A stretch of 63,091 bases of DNA, counting the filler, from Reticulomyxa filosa (taxonomy: Eukaryota > Protista > Foraminifera), in assembly GCA_000512085.1 (NCBI GenBank). It is 15 parts of 15 records of this genome, joined end to end, with 100 filler letters (N's around TTAATTAATTAA, not from the genome) between each part and the next. Parts side by side here need not be neighbours in the genome. Positions count along the whole stretch, not along the records: positions 48,037 to 60,271 come from ASPP01040838.1; positions 60,372 to 61,875 come from ASPP01042974.1; positions 61,976 to 63,091 come from ASPP01028270.1; 12 more parts are not named here. One strand, 5' to 3'. The notes under the pieces are model-generated. The model ran no database searches and was not told where the DNA came from. It saw only the letters and a program-made list of their open reading frames with translations. Numbering within the stretch: position 1 is the stretch's first letter; every line of letters begins with the position of its first letter. A program made the translations under genes and the position numbers. Positions 50,396 to 63,091 of the stretch are shown one piece after another.

Positions 50396-51776
50396 TGTCT
50401 TTTTGTTTTTATTTGTGTAAATAAAATTCATTTTTAGTATTCTTGTTAAATACATTAGCTCTAGCAAAATTAGCAATTAAAATAAAAAAGAGAAATCACC
50501 GTTTTTAGTTTGAAGAGCAACATCTTAATGCGTAAATAGAAGAAAGTTTGCTTTATTTGAATCTTATTCAGGAATCGAGTTCTTTGTTATTGATTTATAT
50601 ATAAATCCAATTTTTTAATCATGTGGAAAATGATTGTCGTGAATCTCTTTGTTTAATATCGTTCCTTTCCTTAAACAGGAAAAAACTTTACTATACCAGT
50701 AAAGACTGGATTTTATTAATTTAACGAACAGCAAAAATTAAACAAGTTTGAGTTTGTCAATTAAAAAGGGTTGTTTTTCTTTTAAAAGTTGCAAACAATT
50801 ATATTCCAACAAAAGTGGAAATTTTAAAAAGAAAAGATTAAACACGAAATAATTGTGTTTATCTTTATTCAAAATAGTTATATTGCTAGCAATTTTAGAA
50901 TGGGATATAAGGATGACACTAGACCTCAATCCAATCTCTTATGAATTACAAAATATTTGTTTTTTAGAGTAAAATTGACTATTTTTGATTTATACTTTGA
51001 GTCATCGTGAAAATTCTTCATTTGTATAATCTTATTGTAACATCAGATACCAGTCACTTTAGCATAAGAACATTAGTTTATTGAGGGTTAATCTTTTTAA
51101 TTTGGCATTGAGAAGAAGATAAATCGTTATTTGTCTCTGACATAAATGTAGTTTATTTGTCCGATCAAATACCAATTCACAATAATTGGGAATAATTTAT
51201 ACTTTGAGACTACATAACTTTTTGGATAATAAACATTACATTTGTGATTAATAGAATATCCATATGTTCTGACAAAGATACAGATTTTATTAAAACAATG
51301 AAGTTATAAATGTGTGACACTATTGGAGTTTCTTTTCACTCTAATTTTAATTGAAGTTTTAAGAGATACTCTAATTTTTTTTGGAGTAAAAATAAATGTA
51401 ATTCTATTTTCTGTAATTAGCAACCCCTTGATATATTGTATTGAAAACAATGTTTTTGTATTTCTTTACTGCCATGCAAAATATCTTTTTTGTTATTTTT
51501 TCAAATTGGTGGGATTTTTCGACAATCATCAATACGTAGTCTTTTAAAAAACAAAAATTTACAGTTATCCCTTAACAATCGAATAAAAAACTTTGTGCAT
51601 TTTTATTTTTTCTAATCATAAAAAAAAAGTGTGCATTCAAAAAATAGTTCGAATTTTTTAGCGTGCCAAGTTCTTGAATTTGTTTTATTTAGAAATGGGA
51701 CCATTCAAACTCAAAAAAAGCGCAATCAATTCATTTCCAAAAATCAAAACATTTTTTCGTCAATAAAAACTTTTTA

Positions 51777-52319
<543 letters not shown>

Positions 52320-53383
52320 TTCATTTTGAACATTAATAATTATAAACTTATTTATTTAAAAAAAAAGATGTTGTTGTAATCTATAACAAAACCATATGCA
52401 ATGATCATTTTAAATATAAACAATCATACGTTATCTTGGACCAGATTATTGCATTATGCAAAATCTCTCTAGGAAAGGATCCACATAAAGTTAACCGACA
52501 TTTACGCCTCTAGGACTTATTATGACTACTAGTTGATAATATATTAGTTTTATTTTAATAGATATACTAACAATATACTAACATAATATTAATAAAGAAA
52601 AAGAAAAAGTACATTAACACTTAATTAAATTAAAGTTGTTGCAAGTCTTGATGAAGGACAGTATGATAACAGATTGCATGCAGTACTTCATAAATTTTTG
52701 ACACCAGAACTATTTTTAATTTTTTATCATGTTTTTGTAACGACAACACTCGTCATTCTTTTTTGAACACACGTTCTCTTTTTTACTTTGAACTAGTTTC
52801 TTGACATTATGACAAATATCATTTTCCTTTTGTTAAAAAAAAGAAAGACAATAAGAAGTTAATAACTAGATAAAACAACTGACAGTGTCTACAATTACAA
52901 AAAAAATTTTTTACTAAAATGTTTCCTTTTTACTATGAACGTTTTTTTTGCCAAACTTTTTTTAGGTTGTAATTTGAAATTTATGTTTTATGTCATCAAA
53001 AAATAAAAATATTTTCAATTTAGAGGCCAAAAAGAATAAATGGAAACAGACATGTTTGACCGAGAGATTGACTCCTGGTTTCCAAATACTAACTCAAAAC
53101 ACAAACAAAAAAGACGCTTGACCACTTTTATAAACGTTATACAGAAGTATGAAACAGCTCTTATTAGTACTTGCGTTTGTAGTCTTTTTATAATATTGGA
53201 AAGTTCCACAACGTTTATCTCTGTTGAGAAGTTGAGCACGTGCAGTTGTGTTATCAATATTTGATTGAAATGAAGATAATCCCGCTAAAACGCTGCTCAC
53301 AAGTGGAAATACGCTGAGGACTCACGGTATGGAACTTTTTTAGGGTATGCCAGATACTCTCGGGTGGCAATGAATGAATAAGA

Positions 53384-54277
53384 ATGAATGAAGGTAGTTT
53401 TCAAGCACGTGGGACATTATTTATCTTAGATAATTGTGAATGGAGGCAATATTATGTGGTGATGGGGCTTGTGTCAGACGTGAAAACGCAGCGCATAATT
53501 CTGACAGCAAGATCGAAGAAGAGAAAGGAAGAAGAAGGCGAAGAAGAATTTGTATACCGTTTTAGGCCAGAAATACAGAACAAGGGGCCTCGAGCATACG
53601 TGATTCGAGTAGAATCAAGTGCCAAAAGTACAGAAAAGGAGACCATAGCGCTGAGATTTGAAACGGACAACATATCGAAAAAGTTTGAGCAATTTGTGAA
53701 CACTTGGAAAGTGTCCCAAGCCAATTCATGTTCTAGTATGAACACTGGTGCACAGGGTCACATTGCCACTCCAAAAGAAAGAACCCACCACAAGTTGCAC
53801 CATGGTCAGCAGCTCAATGATAAGTGGGCCCTTGATCGAATCATTATCCCAACATCAACACCGACATCCACCTCAAAAAAAAAAAAAGTGTCCAATTGCA
53901 ACAAGGTGACAAAAATTTTTTTTTGGTCGTGCCCTTCTTGTCTCCAAATGAACGATCTTGAGTACGCTACTTGCGATGCTTGCGATACCCCGCGACCTTC
54001 TTATGTGTGCAACGACACCCAATCAGGTGAGAGAACTTGTGAAAATGCAAACCATTCCACCGACCCCTGGGGTGGTGGTGGTGGTGGTGTTGGTGGTAGT
54101 GGCAGTGGTCGTGCGTCGGTGGATGATAGCCGGGACAACAAAATCAGCAGCTCCCATATCATGACTTTGACCAGTGCCAATTTGGAAATGTTTACCAACA
54201 TGTGCCCTTCCAAACGACCTACCATTGAACAATTGCTGGGCTCACAAATCAAATTTTGGGTCCAACGAGCAGGATAA
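53384..54277 (+). CDS. PH-like (RanBD/EVH1-like) domain + RanBP2-type zinc finger protein
   Basis: WSCPSCLQMNDLEYATCDACDTPRP fits W-x-C-x2-C-x3-N-x6-C-x2-C. The N-terminal FQARGTLFIL..EWR...ALRFET....KFEQFV resembles the RanBD/EVH1 fold (weaker evidence). Confidence 0.72.
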   Translation: MNEGSFQARGTLFILDNCEWRQYYVVMGLVSDVKTQRIILTARSKKRKEEEGEEEFVYRFRPEIQNKGPRAYVIRVESSAKSTEKETIALRFETDNISKKFEQFVNTWKVSQANSCSSMNTGAQGHIATPKERTHHKLHHGQQLNDKWALDRIIIPTSTPTSTSKKKKVSNCNKVTKIFFWSCPSCLQMNDLEYATCDACDTPRPSYVCNDTQSGERTCENANHSTDPWGGGGGGVGGSGSGRASVDDSRDNKISSSHIMTLTSANLEMFTNMCPSKRPTIEQLLGSQIKFWVQRAG

Positions 54278-55097
54278 AATTGTAATTCAATCAAATTATT
54301 AATGTCAACTACAACTTTTTTTCTTTTCCACTTTTTTTTGTCAGAGTGTTAAAAAAAGTGGTTTTTTGCAGTTTTCTTTTTTTTTTAGTTATTATTTGAG
54401 TCTTCGAAGAAATCTCTTTTTATAAAAAAAAAACACGTTTTAATGCTGTACAACAATCATTTTTGGAGTGTATCAACAACTTATTTTCATGTCAAACAAA
54501 CAAAGATCTTTTCTGTGTCTCAAAACTTGCTAATGCAAGAAATATGATTATTAGTTTTTGGAAGTAGATAATGCAAAAGAAACTTTATGCTCGTACAAAC
54601 AGTTACAAATTTCCCAAAACAACAGCTTTTTTTGGAATTCAATGTTAATGACCATTTCCAAATGCTTTGCGGAAACAAAAAATTCTTGGTTTTTAAAATA
54701 GTAAATACTATCACCTGTTAAATTTTGCAGATTTTGTAGTCTGTTCTCCTCTACTATGCTTGCCACAACTTAGCAAATGGTCAGTCCTTGCCCTTATATC
54801 AACACAGCAACAAAACAAGTGTAATACGAAAGTTGTAGCTTTAAAGCAAAAATTCCAGCAAAAAGGAAAATGCAGCGAATAAAGGAGAATACAAACGCCC
54901 CGGCAAATGTAAGTAGAGTTTTAGACAGTTCCAAGATCCTCTACAGATGAAAACAACGATTTTCATTCTACAACTGAAGTCTCTTTTAAATATACTCATA
55001 TGTAATGAATTTAATAACATAGTCCTCCCTTCAATCATTTTATGTTAAAAAAGAAATGCTATTTCAATATTTTTTCTAAAATTCGAAAAAATAATGT

Positions 55098-58002
55098 TTA
55101 GTGGTCAGTCGTCTGTTCCAATAATAGTTGAATAGTTTTTTGCAAGTTTTCAATGTTTTTAATCTTATCCTCTTGACACAGATTGTGTGACGACTCCGTT
55201 TTTTCAGTGAAATGATCGTTGCCAGAAAGAGATTTTTCCTTTTGTAAAAAATTTATTACTTTGTCAAAAAAACGGATGTATTCAATTCGAAACTCATACC
55301 TCATTGTCAATTTTTGGTAGATCAAATTTGGTTAAAAACTGCGGCAATGGATATGATGCTTGTACGTTGTACTTCTGGTGATCAAAGCTGTCGTTGAACA
55401 TCGTTTTCCACTCAGACTTGCAATTTTTTAGCACAAGATGTGTATTTATCAATAATCTTTGAATATGAACAGCACTCGGATTCTTTAAGAAATTCTTCAT
55501 CTCCGTCCTACAAAAGAGGAACATCCCAACAAAGGTTTCGTTGTCATTGAGATTCATTTTAAAAAAGTTTTAATAAAAGAGAGCAGAATTTGCAAACTGA
55601 AATTTGAAATTCATCAGATGAGATTTTTGAATGAGCATGAATGCCACCGGCACACAGTGCAAGAAAATAATCCCATAGGTAATAATATGATCCCATAATG
55701 TGATCCAGTCCTCTTGGCTCAGTCCAAGTGTAGAAAAGGCATTTGTTATTATGTACCAGCACTCATTTTCAATTGGAAGCTTTGGGGAGGGCCAGTTCAA
55801 AGTTCAAACACAATACACAGTTCCTTTTTTTTTTTGTTTTCAAAATAATTTAAGAAGGTAAAATGCACTTAATTCGTTGTTTACTTGATGTTTGCAACAA
55901 TATTGAAAGAGTTGATCATCTACGTGTTTCAAAATGTTTTTCCATTTTCCTATTAAAGTGGGACTTGGCTCGGGCCACGTCTCAAACCAAAAAGTTCCAA
56001 ACGCATGAAGTATTGACATCAATACTTCAAATGCGTACTGACGATTTGACATTTCTTTCAAATGGACAACAAATGGAGCCACGAATTTGGGTAAATCTTT
56101 GACTTCTGCCAAAACATTGCTCCAATGGCTCAATAATGACAGTTGTAATTTCATTTTGTTTTCATTTCGATTGTATTTGTCAATTTTTACCGATTTCCAT
56201 TTTCCATGTATCCCACGGCGGTGCAATGCCTCGAAATTTTCCTTTTTTTAAAAATCGAACTAAAGTACTGAACTAGAAAATCGGCAATTTTTTTGTTCAT
56301 AGACAAACAATGCAAAAAAAAACCAGAGAATTTGGCAAACGCAGCAAAAATGACCAAATTCGTTTTCTGTATTGACTCGGATAGCAAGGGCATAAGTTTA
56401 AAAAACGAACTAGTTTTTGACGCGTTGACTGTGGCCAAGAGTTGTTATTTTTGAACTCTCCGATGGTATGTGATGGCACGGAGTCATTCATGGAGTGTGT
56501 GCACTCCGTATTTTGAACTGTGGAGCCACCAAAAGTGGAGAGCAAAGACTGTATAAGTTGCTGTGAGGATGCGTCTACTTTAGGGGAAACAGTGTCGCTA
56601 ACAACAAGAGGCTCTGTTGTTTTACTGTGCTTGCTTAACAAGTAAGACAGAGATAACAACTCCAAACTTCCGTCATTCATAATACAAAGCAATTTTTTCG
56701 TGGTCATTTTATTTTCTTCGCACAGTTCAAAGCGAGTAATTTTTTTTTGTGATCTCTCGATAGTGAACAATACATCCAATGTATCAATGGCAGTACAAAG
56801 CACTGTGCCTTTAGAACCCAATACTAAGAGTTTCTGATCTCCACAAATGTACATCCAACTTTTAAAAGTAAGCAATATTAATAAAAAGAATGGACTCTAC
56901 AAAACTTTGGAGGGACGTATAAAGTGTATTTGACAAATTTTTTTGAATGCAGAAGGCAGTTCAATAACCTTCCATAATACTGGTTCGGTGATGTTGTAAC
57001 ATTCGCTCCACAACACGCTAAAGGTCCACACATAAATATATGGTCCACCTTTACCTGCTGTGGCAAAGTAATATCTATCGTGATAACGTTCAGCCGTTTC
57101 GTTGTTGTTATCATGTTCATGTGCGAATTGCAACAAGTCAGCACAACAAAGTTTCATGTTCGTAAACGACTCACCTAAGTATTTTCGTAACGCTTCGCCG
57201 TCATTTCTATACTTTAAGACAAGTTCACGATACCAATGCCCCCCGTCCAATGACGAAAAGTTCCAAAATATCGCACCGTCGTTCAAACAGGTAATTATCC
57301 ATGGAATATTAATGTATGAAATGTTCGCCACCAAACACTTTCAACACAAAATAAAAAAGATTAGTTTTTTTGAAGTCACATGTGCAAGAAATTAATCTTT
57401 AACGTATTGCATGTTATTATATTCTAGTGTTTGCAATGGAATATATCGTTCTGGTGACGTGCTCCAAATAATTGTTCGATCTTGTGAATGTGATACTAAC
57501 AAATAAGAATCGTTTAGTTTTTGATATTTCAACAAAGTGATTTCTTCCATATGCGAAGTGTTCAATTTGGACACTAACTTTTGTGCTTTGTTATCTAGTA
57601 AAAATATGCATCTGTTGCTCAGAGCTACAGTAACGATAGATTCGTTGGGTTTATAAGTCAGACATGTTCCATAAGACCCACAGCGAAATATTAACAGGCT
57701 CCTATTGGGATATCGATTCAATAGAATTGACTTTTAATAAATCTTACAAAACTTAACGTCCAATTCTTGAGATTAAATTCATACACATTACCCCTACAAT
57801 CAACAGTTGCGAAAATATTAGTGTCATTTTTGCACCAACAAAAGTTAGTAAAAGCAAATTTGTCGCAATATTCGTGTTGTACGAATAAAAGACTGCCAGT
57901 CTCACGAGCAGGCTTGAAAGGTTTTGACAAAAACGCTCTAAAAACACATTTTTCTCCATCCAAATACCAACGTCTAAAACTTTCAGTTTTGGTTGGGGTC
58001 AT
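55098..58002 (-). CDS. TBC1D31: TBC1D31/WDR67-like protein (WD40-like N-terminus + TBC domain), with introns and several frameshifts
   Basis: YPSQYRKRIWSFLLRLPN, LSLLSHWSNVL...LPKFVAPFV, AFEVLMSIL..F..FWFETWPEP, ILKHVDDQLFQY and LSQEDWITLWDHII parallel TBC1D31 motifs (YPxKYRMFIW..LLQLPEN; LSALAHWS; WFEYFPNPP; LTREEWLKLFDNI). Confidence 0.82.
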
Positions 58003-59057
58003 ACTGAACGTAACGTTTTTTATTTACTTCTCCTAAACGAATTACGTCAAAAGAGAATAAAAGAACTCATTCCTAGTATTGAACATTTTAAAATTAAAAT
58101 TTACAAAAATGAAGTCACCGACTGCGATTTTTCGTAATTGACTATTAAGTTAAAAATTTTGAAATTGTAAGCAAAGACAAAAAAACAATTATAAACAGTA
58201 AGGTCAAACAATTTCTTCAATTCACAAATTTTTTAAGCAATTGCCGCTTGCACCAACCTGTTACAACATTACACACAAAAGAATGTCTTGTACAAAGAAA
58301 ATGAGTAATTGAAATTTGCTGAAAAATTTCATTTCAGATTTGTGGTTTTTTTAATCAAGATTAGTCATAAGACCATCGCGAAACCGTTGTTTCATCCTTA
58401 AAAACACAGAAAAAAACAAAAATGTAACTGTTTTGTAAAATTAGCCAGCCGAAACAAATCATGTTTTGTTGGTTGATGATCAACAAAAAAGAGGAACAAA
58501 AGAAACAAAAAACAGTCTAAAGTTCTTAAAAAGTTTAACCCCCTAAATTAAAGTTCCAAGGTATGCTGAAACTATGTTAACTACTATTTTTCGTGGTATC
58601 GAATCGTAACAACTTATTTAACATATAGCTGTTCCAAGATTGAATAAACATTAATTTTACTGAAAATAGCAATCTAATTTTGTGAACATCAAAGAAAATA
58701 ATATTATTCTCACTTTTTTTTCGTACATATGTTAATTTGTTATCTCTGAACAATGAAACAGTTTCGATTCCGCAAACTTGTCTTCAGAAACTTGAATGGT
58801 ATGGAAATTGGATTACAGTTATGGTTTGTATTGATGAAGCCTCAAAACAGTAAAAAAAAGAGGAAGCAGGAGTGATTTCCCATTCTTCCAAAATACCACT
58901 TTTGAAATTTGTTTTTTTTGCACAAGTTTGAGAAAGAAAAAAATGTGTAAATGACTATCTATATTAAATAACACTATCCCCCAACAAGATTTGCTTTACT
59001 CAACGAGTGAAGAAGAAATTGAGAGAACTTATTCTTGCCGTCTTCTCTGTGGGACAA

Positions 59058-59736
59058 TCAAATAAAGCAACAATTGATTTGTGATTTCAAAAAGAGGGGG
59101 GAAAAAAAAAGTGTAACTTTTCTGTCTCTCCTGGATCTGGTATGCAACGACCGTTTGCATCCAATGCCTTTGTTTTCGTCGATGATGGCCTCACTGTCTT
59201 CCAACGTGTTGGTCGTGTCTGACAGCGGCATGTGTTCAGCCTTTGTCTCCAAATCCGCCTCGTCGTCGTTCGAGAACAGCGCATGGGCATTCTCCTTGCA
59301 GTCGTTGGGACTGAAGCAAAGACGAGAAGTGGGCTTGCATATTTGCAGTTGGTTGTGTTGTTTCAAGTGTTGCAAGTAGTCGCGTTCGAACTTGTTCAAA
59401 TATCCGAAGAGCCGTTGCAAGTGCAGCGCGCGAAGATGGAACAAGGCGGCATTGACCTCGTAGCCGTGCTTGTCTCGCACCCACATTTCCATGTCGCGGT
59501 CGTCTAGTGAGTACGCAGGTTTGTAGCAGTCAATGTACTCATGCACAGGGATGTTCAGATCCAACGTGGTCCTCGTTACCAAAGAGACAATCTTGAGCCA
59601 GCACCGAGCAGTGTCCGCAGGTGGTACCCCCCTCCACCAAGGATCTTGTCACAATTACATGTATGCATATATATTTATATTTATATATTGTATGAGTGTG
59701 CCAATTGTTTTCGGGTCCTGCAATATAATAATAATG

Positions 59737-59799
<63 letters not shown>

Positions 59800-60229
59800 T
59801 AATAATAACATCACAACACAACTAAAAACAAAACGAAACAACAGTGGGTACGTCCAAGATATTCAAAATGGTCTCGACACACATGGCCACGCCTTTGGTG
59901 GTGATACTCCATTTGCCTTTCGGATCTCGCGCGAGGATGTCGCCGCCGACCGTGACGACGACGCACTGCGGCTGAAAGTAGTATGCAAAGCGATGACATA
60001 GCTTGTTCACAAACTCGTGCAGCTGCGCGTCACCAATCCCGCCCAGTGAAAACGGGACATTCAAGTTGTGGAACAGGCCGTCTCCGTTTCCTTGCTCGTC
60101 GATCCACCCGTTCCCGGATAAAAGCCCCTTTCGTAGTGGTGGAAGCTGCACACGAATACGTCGCCATTGCTCATGTATGCCTCCGCAACGCCGTCGCAGT
60201 GATGGATGTCCAAGTCCAAATATAATACT

Positions 60230-60232
<3 letters not shown>
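59058..60232 (-). CDS. Class I histone deacetylase, HDAC8-like, 5'-truncated
   Basis: RVLYLDLDIHHCDGV, SFHH..GFYPGTG, NLNVP, FQPQCVVVTVGGDILARDP, ILGGGGYH..DTARCW and IPVHEY..Y.P.Y.L. Single-base frameshifts at about 60108 and 59620. Confidence 0.9.
59723..59810 (+). repeat. Intronic (AAT)n microsatellite
   Basis: About 25 AAT units inside the HDAC intron. Confidence 0.92.
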
Positions 60233-60269
<37 letters not shown>

Positions 60270-60847
60270 TTNNNNNNNNNNNNNNNNNNNNNNNNNNNNN
60301 NNNNNNNNNNNNNNNTTAATTAATTAANNNNNNNNNNNNNNNNNNNNNNNNNNNNNNNNNNNNNNNNNNNNTAAAAGAAGTCCAAAAGGATAGAATTTGC
60401 TGGTTTTTGTTGGTGGCGTCTTTTCTTTCTTATATGGACAATATTGTTTATTTTAAATTAGAGTCAATGAACTTTTCTGATTTGATCAATGGTTATTGCC
60501 TTTTTGCAAATTCAAGTTTTATCATCAGCAGAAAACTTTGAGGGAAGATATTGTTTAAGCAATTTTAGCTCTTTAAAAATCCAACCACAGTTCATATTCA
60601 CAAATGATTATTTCAGAAGTGTGTTGTTTTTTTTTGGAGGGGAAAAAAACCTGGCAAAACAAGTTTTTCAAAAAAAATTATCAAATTTCGTTTCGAAAGT
60701 TGATTCTTGAGGTCAATGGCACATTTTATCTCCAAAAATAAAAATCAGTGGAGGATATAGATAGAAGAACATGATTTAAAAAGTGAAAATTTTTTTTTAA
60801 ATGCGACTTCAACGCGTTCGAAATAGGGATCAAATTTGAGTGGAGAT

Positions 60848-61875
60848 TTAGTGATTCGGAAAGTACTTGAATAAATTGCTGCTAACCCACGACAAAGACG
60901 CGTTATCAATATCGCGGATTGGGACAACAATCTTTTCTCCATCAACATTGTTAATCACATGTGCAAAAATATCTATTCTACAATTCAGTAATGCATCATA
61001 ATGAGTTCGAATAACATCTTTTTCTCTATACACATATATACATATATTCCTCTTTTGTTTAAACATTACAAGATAAAAAAAAACAAACTTGGTATTGACA
61101 TCCAATTGAGCTTTGGGTTAGCTTACCAAGGATTTGACATATTCCAAGGCCGGTGAAGTGTTAAGATTAGTTGTGGAGATGTTATTGATAGCCAAGCCGG
61201 GACTGTTGAGACGAAGTTGCAAAGCCATCGAATCGTTTGAGATAATCCTTTCGCTCTTCATAGTCTTCAGCCATCCAATCACCCGCACGACATTACATTG
61301 ATTTTTCCGGCATTATTTTAAGGCCTGTTTCATGTCTTTCTTACTGAAAGTGACGTCAATACACAGCCGATAATTGACAGCCAATAAGCCAATGCCAAGC
61401 AAGCCTCTCGCAAAGGTGGCTTCCGGCCACAATGGGATCAAATAGAAGGCCGCACTCCACGCGGATGCCAGAGCACACCCATTTAAATCAGTCAAGAAAG
61501 TGAGCGAAAATCGATGCGTCAAATTGCAATTTCGCACTGCGTTGAAATTGGACACACAATAGAATAGTCGATTTATAAACTTTAAAAAAAGAAAATAAAA
61601 TAAAAAATAAAAAAGTTGACTCAACGACAACAGTATGCTGTTGCACAGCGCTAATGACTTTGACTGCATTTTATTCGGTGCATAAAATGACTTGTTAATT
61701 TCGATGAGGATGAGTCAGTGTTATTTCATCTCCTTGTGTTGTGCCGAGGCTTGCACCTCTAATACATTTTCGACCTGTAGATTGTCATCCACGCGTTGTT
61801 TGCACTTCGACATTTCCGATTCGGCCTTGGGCTTCAATTGCTTCCAACACTTTTTCACTGTCAATACGTCGTTAT
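60848..61875 (-). CDS. Hypothetical multi-exon protein fragment
   Basis: Coding-like minus-strand segments separated by AT-rich introns. No family recognised. Confidence 0.3.
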
Positions 61876-61999
61876 NNNNNNNNNNNNNNNNNNNNNNNNN
61901 NNNNNNNNNNNNNNNNNNNTTAATTAATTAANNNNNNNNNNNNNNNNNNNNNNNNNNNNNNNNNNNNNNNNNNNNATATATACATATATATATATAAAC

Positions 62000-63091
62000 T
62001 GATAAGTGGTATCACCCAAAAGTTGTGTTTGCAAAAGTGCAATGGCCTGATTAACGGAATTAGCAACGGTTTGTAAATCATCCGAAACTTGATGTTGCCG
62101 GACGCTCTGATGATGACGATGATGGAGTATGAACTTGTGCAAAGCAAAGGCTTGGTGAACGCCGTGTTTGGACAAGGAAGCGGTCGAGTTGACATTGGAG
62201 GTCTTTGTCGTCTTTGCTTTTTTTGTGATGGTGCGGCGCTTCTTGCCACCGGCGTCGGTGCCATCATTGTCCAAGATTTCATCGGTCGCATGCGACACGA
62301 AGACGATGACTTTCCACCAAATCTTTTTGATTTCGTTGACTTCCTCCGGCGGCTGAAAGTGCGAATGGGCGTGCGGCGCAGTGTGTTTTTGTGATAAGGA
62401 CGCCGTCGTCGGAGGCGGAGGTGTCGATGCGACAACTGTCGTGGCTGCAGCTGGACGAGGCATAAGCACATTCTGTTGCGTCAAGGCTTTTTTCGGCGGA
62501 GGGGGTCTCATTTTGGGTGGGGGCGGTCGTTTCTTTTCTGTGTTGGGACTGTCCATCGTAGATGTTCGAGATTGATTGGGTTGAGATTGATTGGGTTGAG
62601 ATTGATTGGGTTGAGATTGTTTAGGCTGAGATTGATTGGGTTGAAATTGATTGGGTTGAGACTGTTTGAATTGAGATTGATCCGATTGAGATCGAACCTG
62701 AAATAGAGACTGAGGTTGTGTCGGAATAGCGATCAAATGACTGACCGTGTTTGTGCGGGGCGCAGACGACGTTTCGGTCGTCGGAACGGAGGAACTCTTC
62801 TTCATCGACCCGAGCTGGTCGAGTGCGCCCATCGGGATATGCGGCTCCAGGTGATTCAAGGCCGGCGAGGACGTGGACAATTTTTCATTGCGCAAATGCT
62901 CGATCTTCGCTGTCAGACATCTCAGACACGCTTTTATTGCGGATGGGTTGGGGCGACGACATACCAATTGCTGCCGATTTTCTTGCGATGGAATGTAACC
63001 CAAATTGTACAGAAATTCCAATCCGCCGTCCAATTGCAACACCGATTTTTGCAATTCTGGGTTATTCAAGTGCAACACACGATACTTGGGG
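62000..63091 (-). CDS. PUB-domain (p97/VCP-binding) protein fragment with Gln/Pro-rich linker
   Basis: PKYRVLHLNNPELQKSVLQLDGGLEFLYNLGY fits the PUB consensus KYRxIxxxNxxFxxxV....GxxEFLxxxGF. It is followed by QSQPN repeats and PPPPK motifs. Confidence 0.75.
62568..62692 (-). repeat. 15-bp coding minisatellite (QSQPN)x~8
   Basis: The plus-strand unit GAGATTGATTGGGTT is repeated with variants. Confidence 0.92.

Noticed and set aside
59539-59841. Poly-Tyr, poly-Asn and poly-Ile ORFs (also 43665-44216)
   Set aside because: They are translations of intronic (AAT)n microsatellites.

Overview
This is eukaryotic, AT-rich, intron-containing DNA and not one continuous locus. It consists of 15 short contigs joined by 14 artificial 100-bp spacers (44 N + TTAATTAATTAA + 44 N), so adjacency across a spacer means nothing. 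A one-residue (Ala) insertion at a polyubiquitin monomer junction points to Rhizaria. The expanded WD40 and NACHT-WD40 families fit a foraminiferan such as Reticulomyxa (inference). Recognisable genes, mostly partial: two intronless NLR-like NACHT/pentapeptide/16xWD40 paralogs; two WD40 genes sharing an unannotated N-terminal exon; a PH-BEACH (ALFY/Lvs-like) protein; a catalytically degenerate HSPA12-like Hsp70; a giant CAP-Gly protein with at least 13 domains arranged as a higher-order super-repeat; NCBP1/CBP80; a U2AF large subunit-like protein apparently lacking RRM2; eIF2A; a DHHC palmitoyltransferase; a decaying polyubiquitin; a PH-like + RanBP2 zinc-finger protein; TBC1D31/WDR67; an HDAC8-like deacetylase; a PUB-domain protein; and a non-LTR RT remnant. 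Many frameshifts sit in homopolymer runs and look like sequencing errors. The best candidates for an undescribed system are the poly-CAP-Gly super-repeat protein and the NLR-like receptors with hypervariable WD40 faces. All family assignments come from motif recognition by eye; no searches were run.
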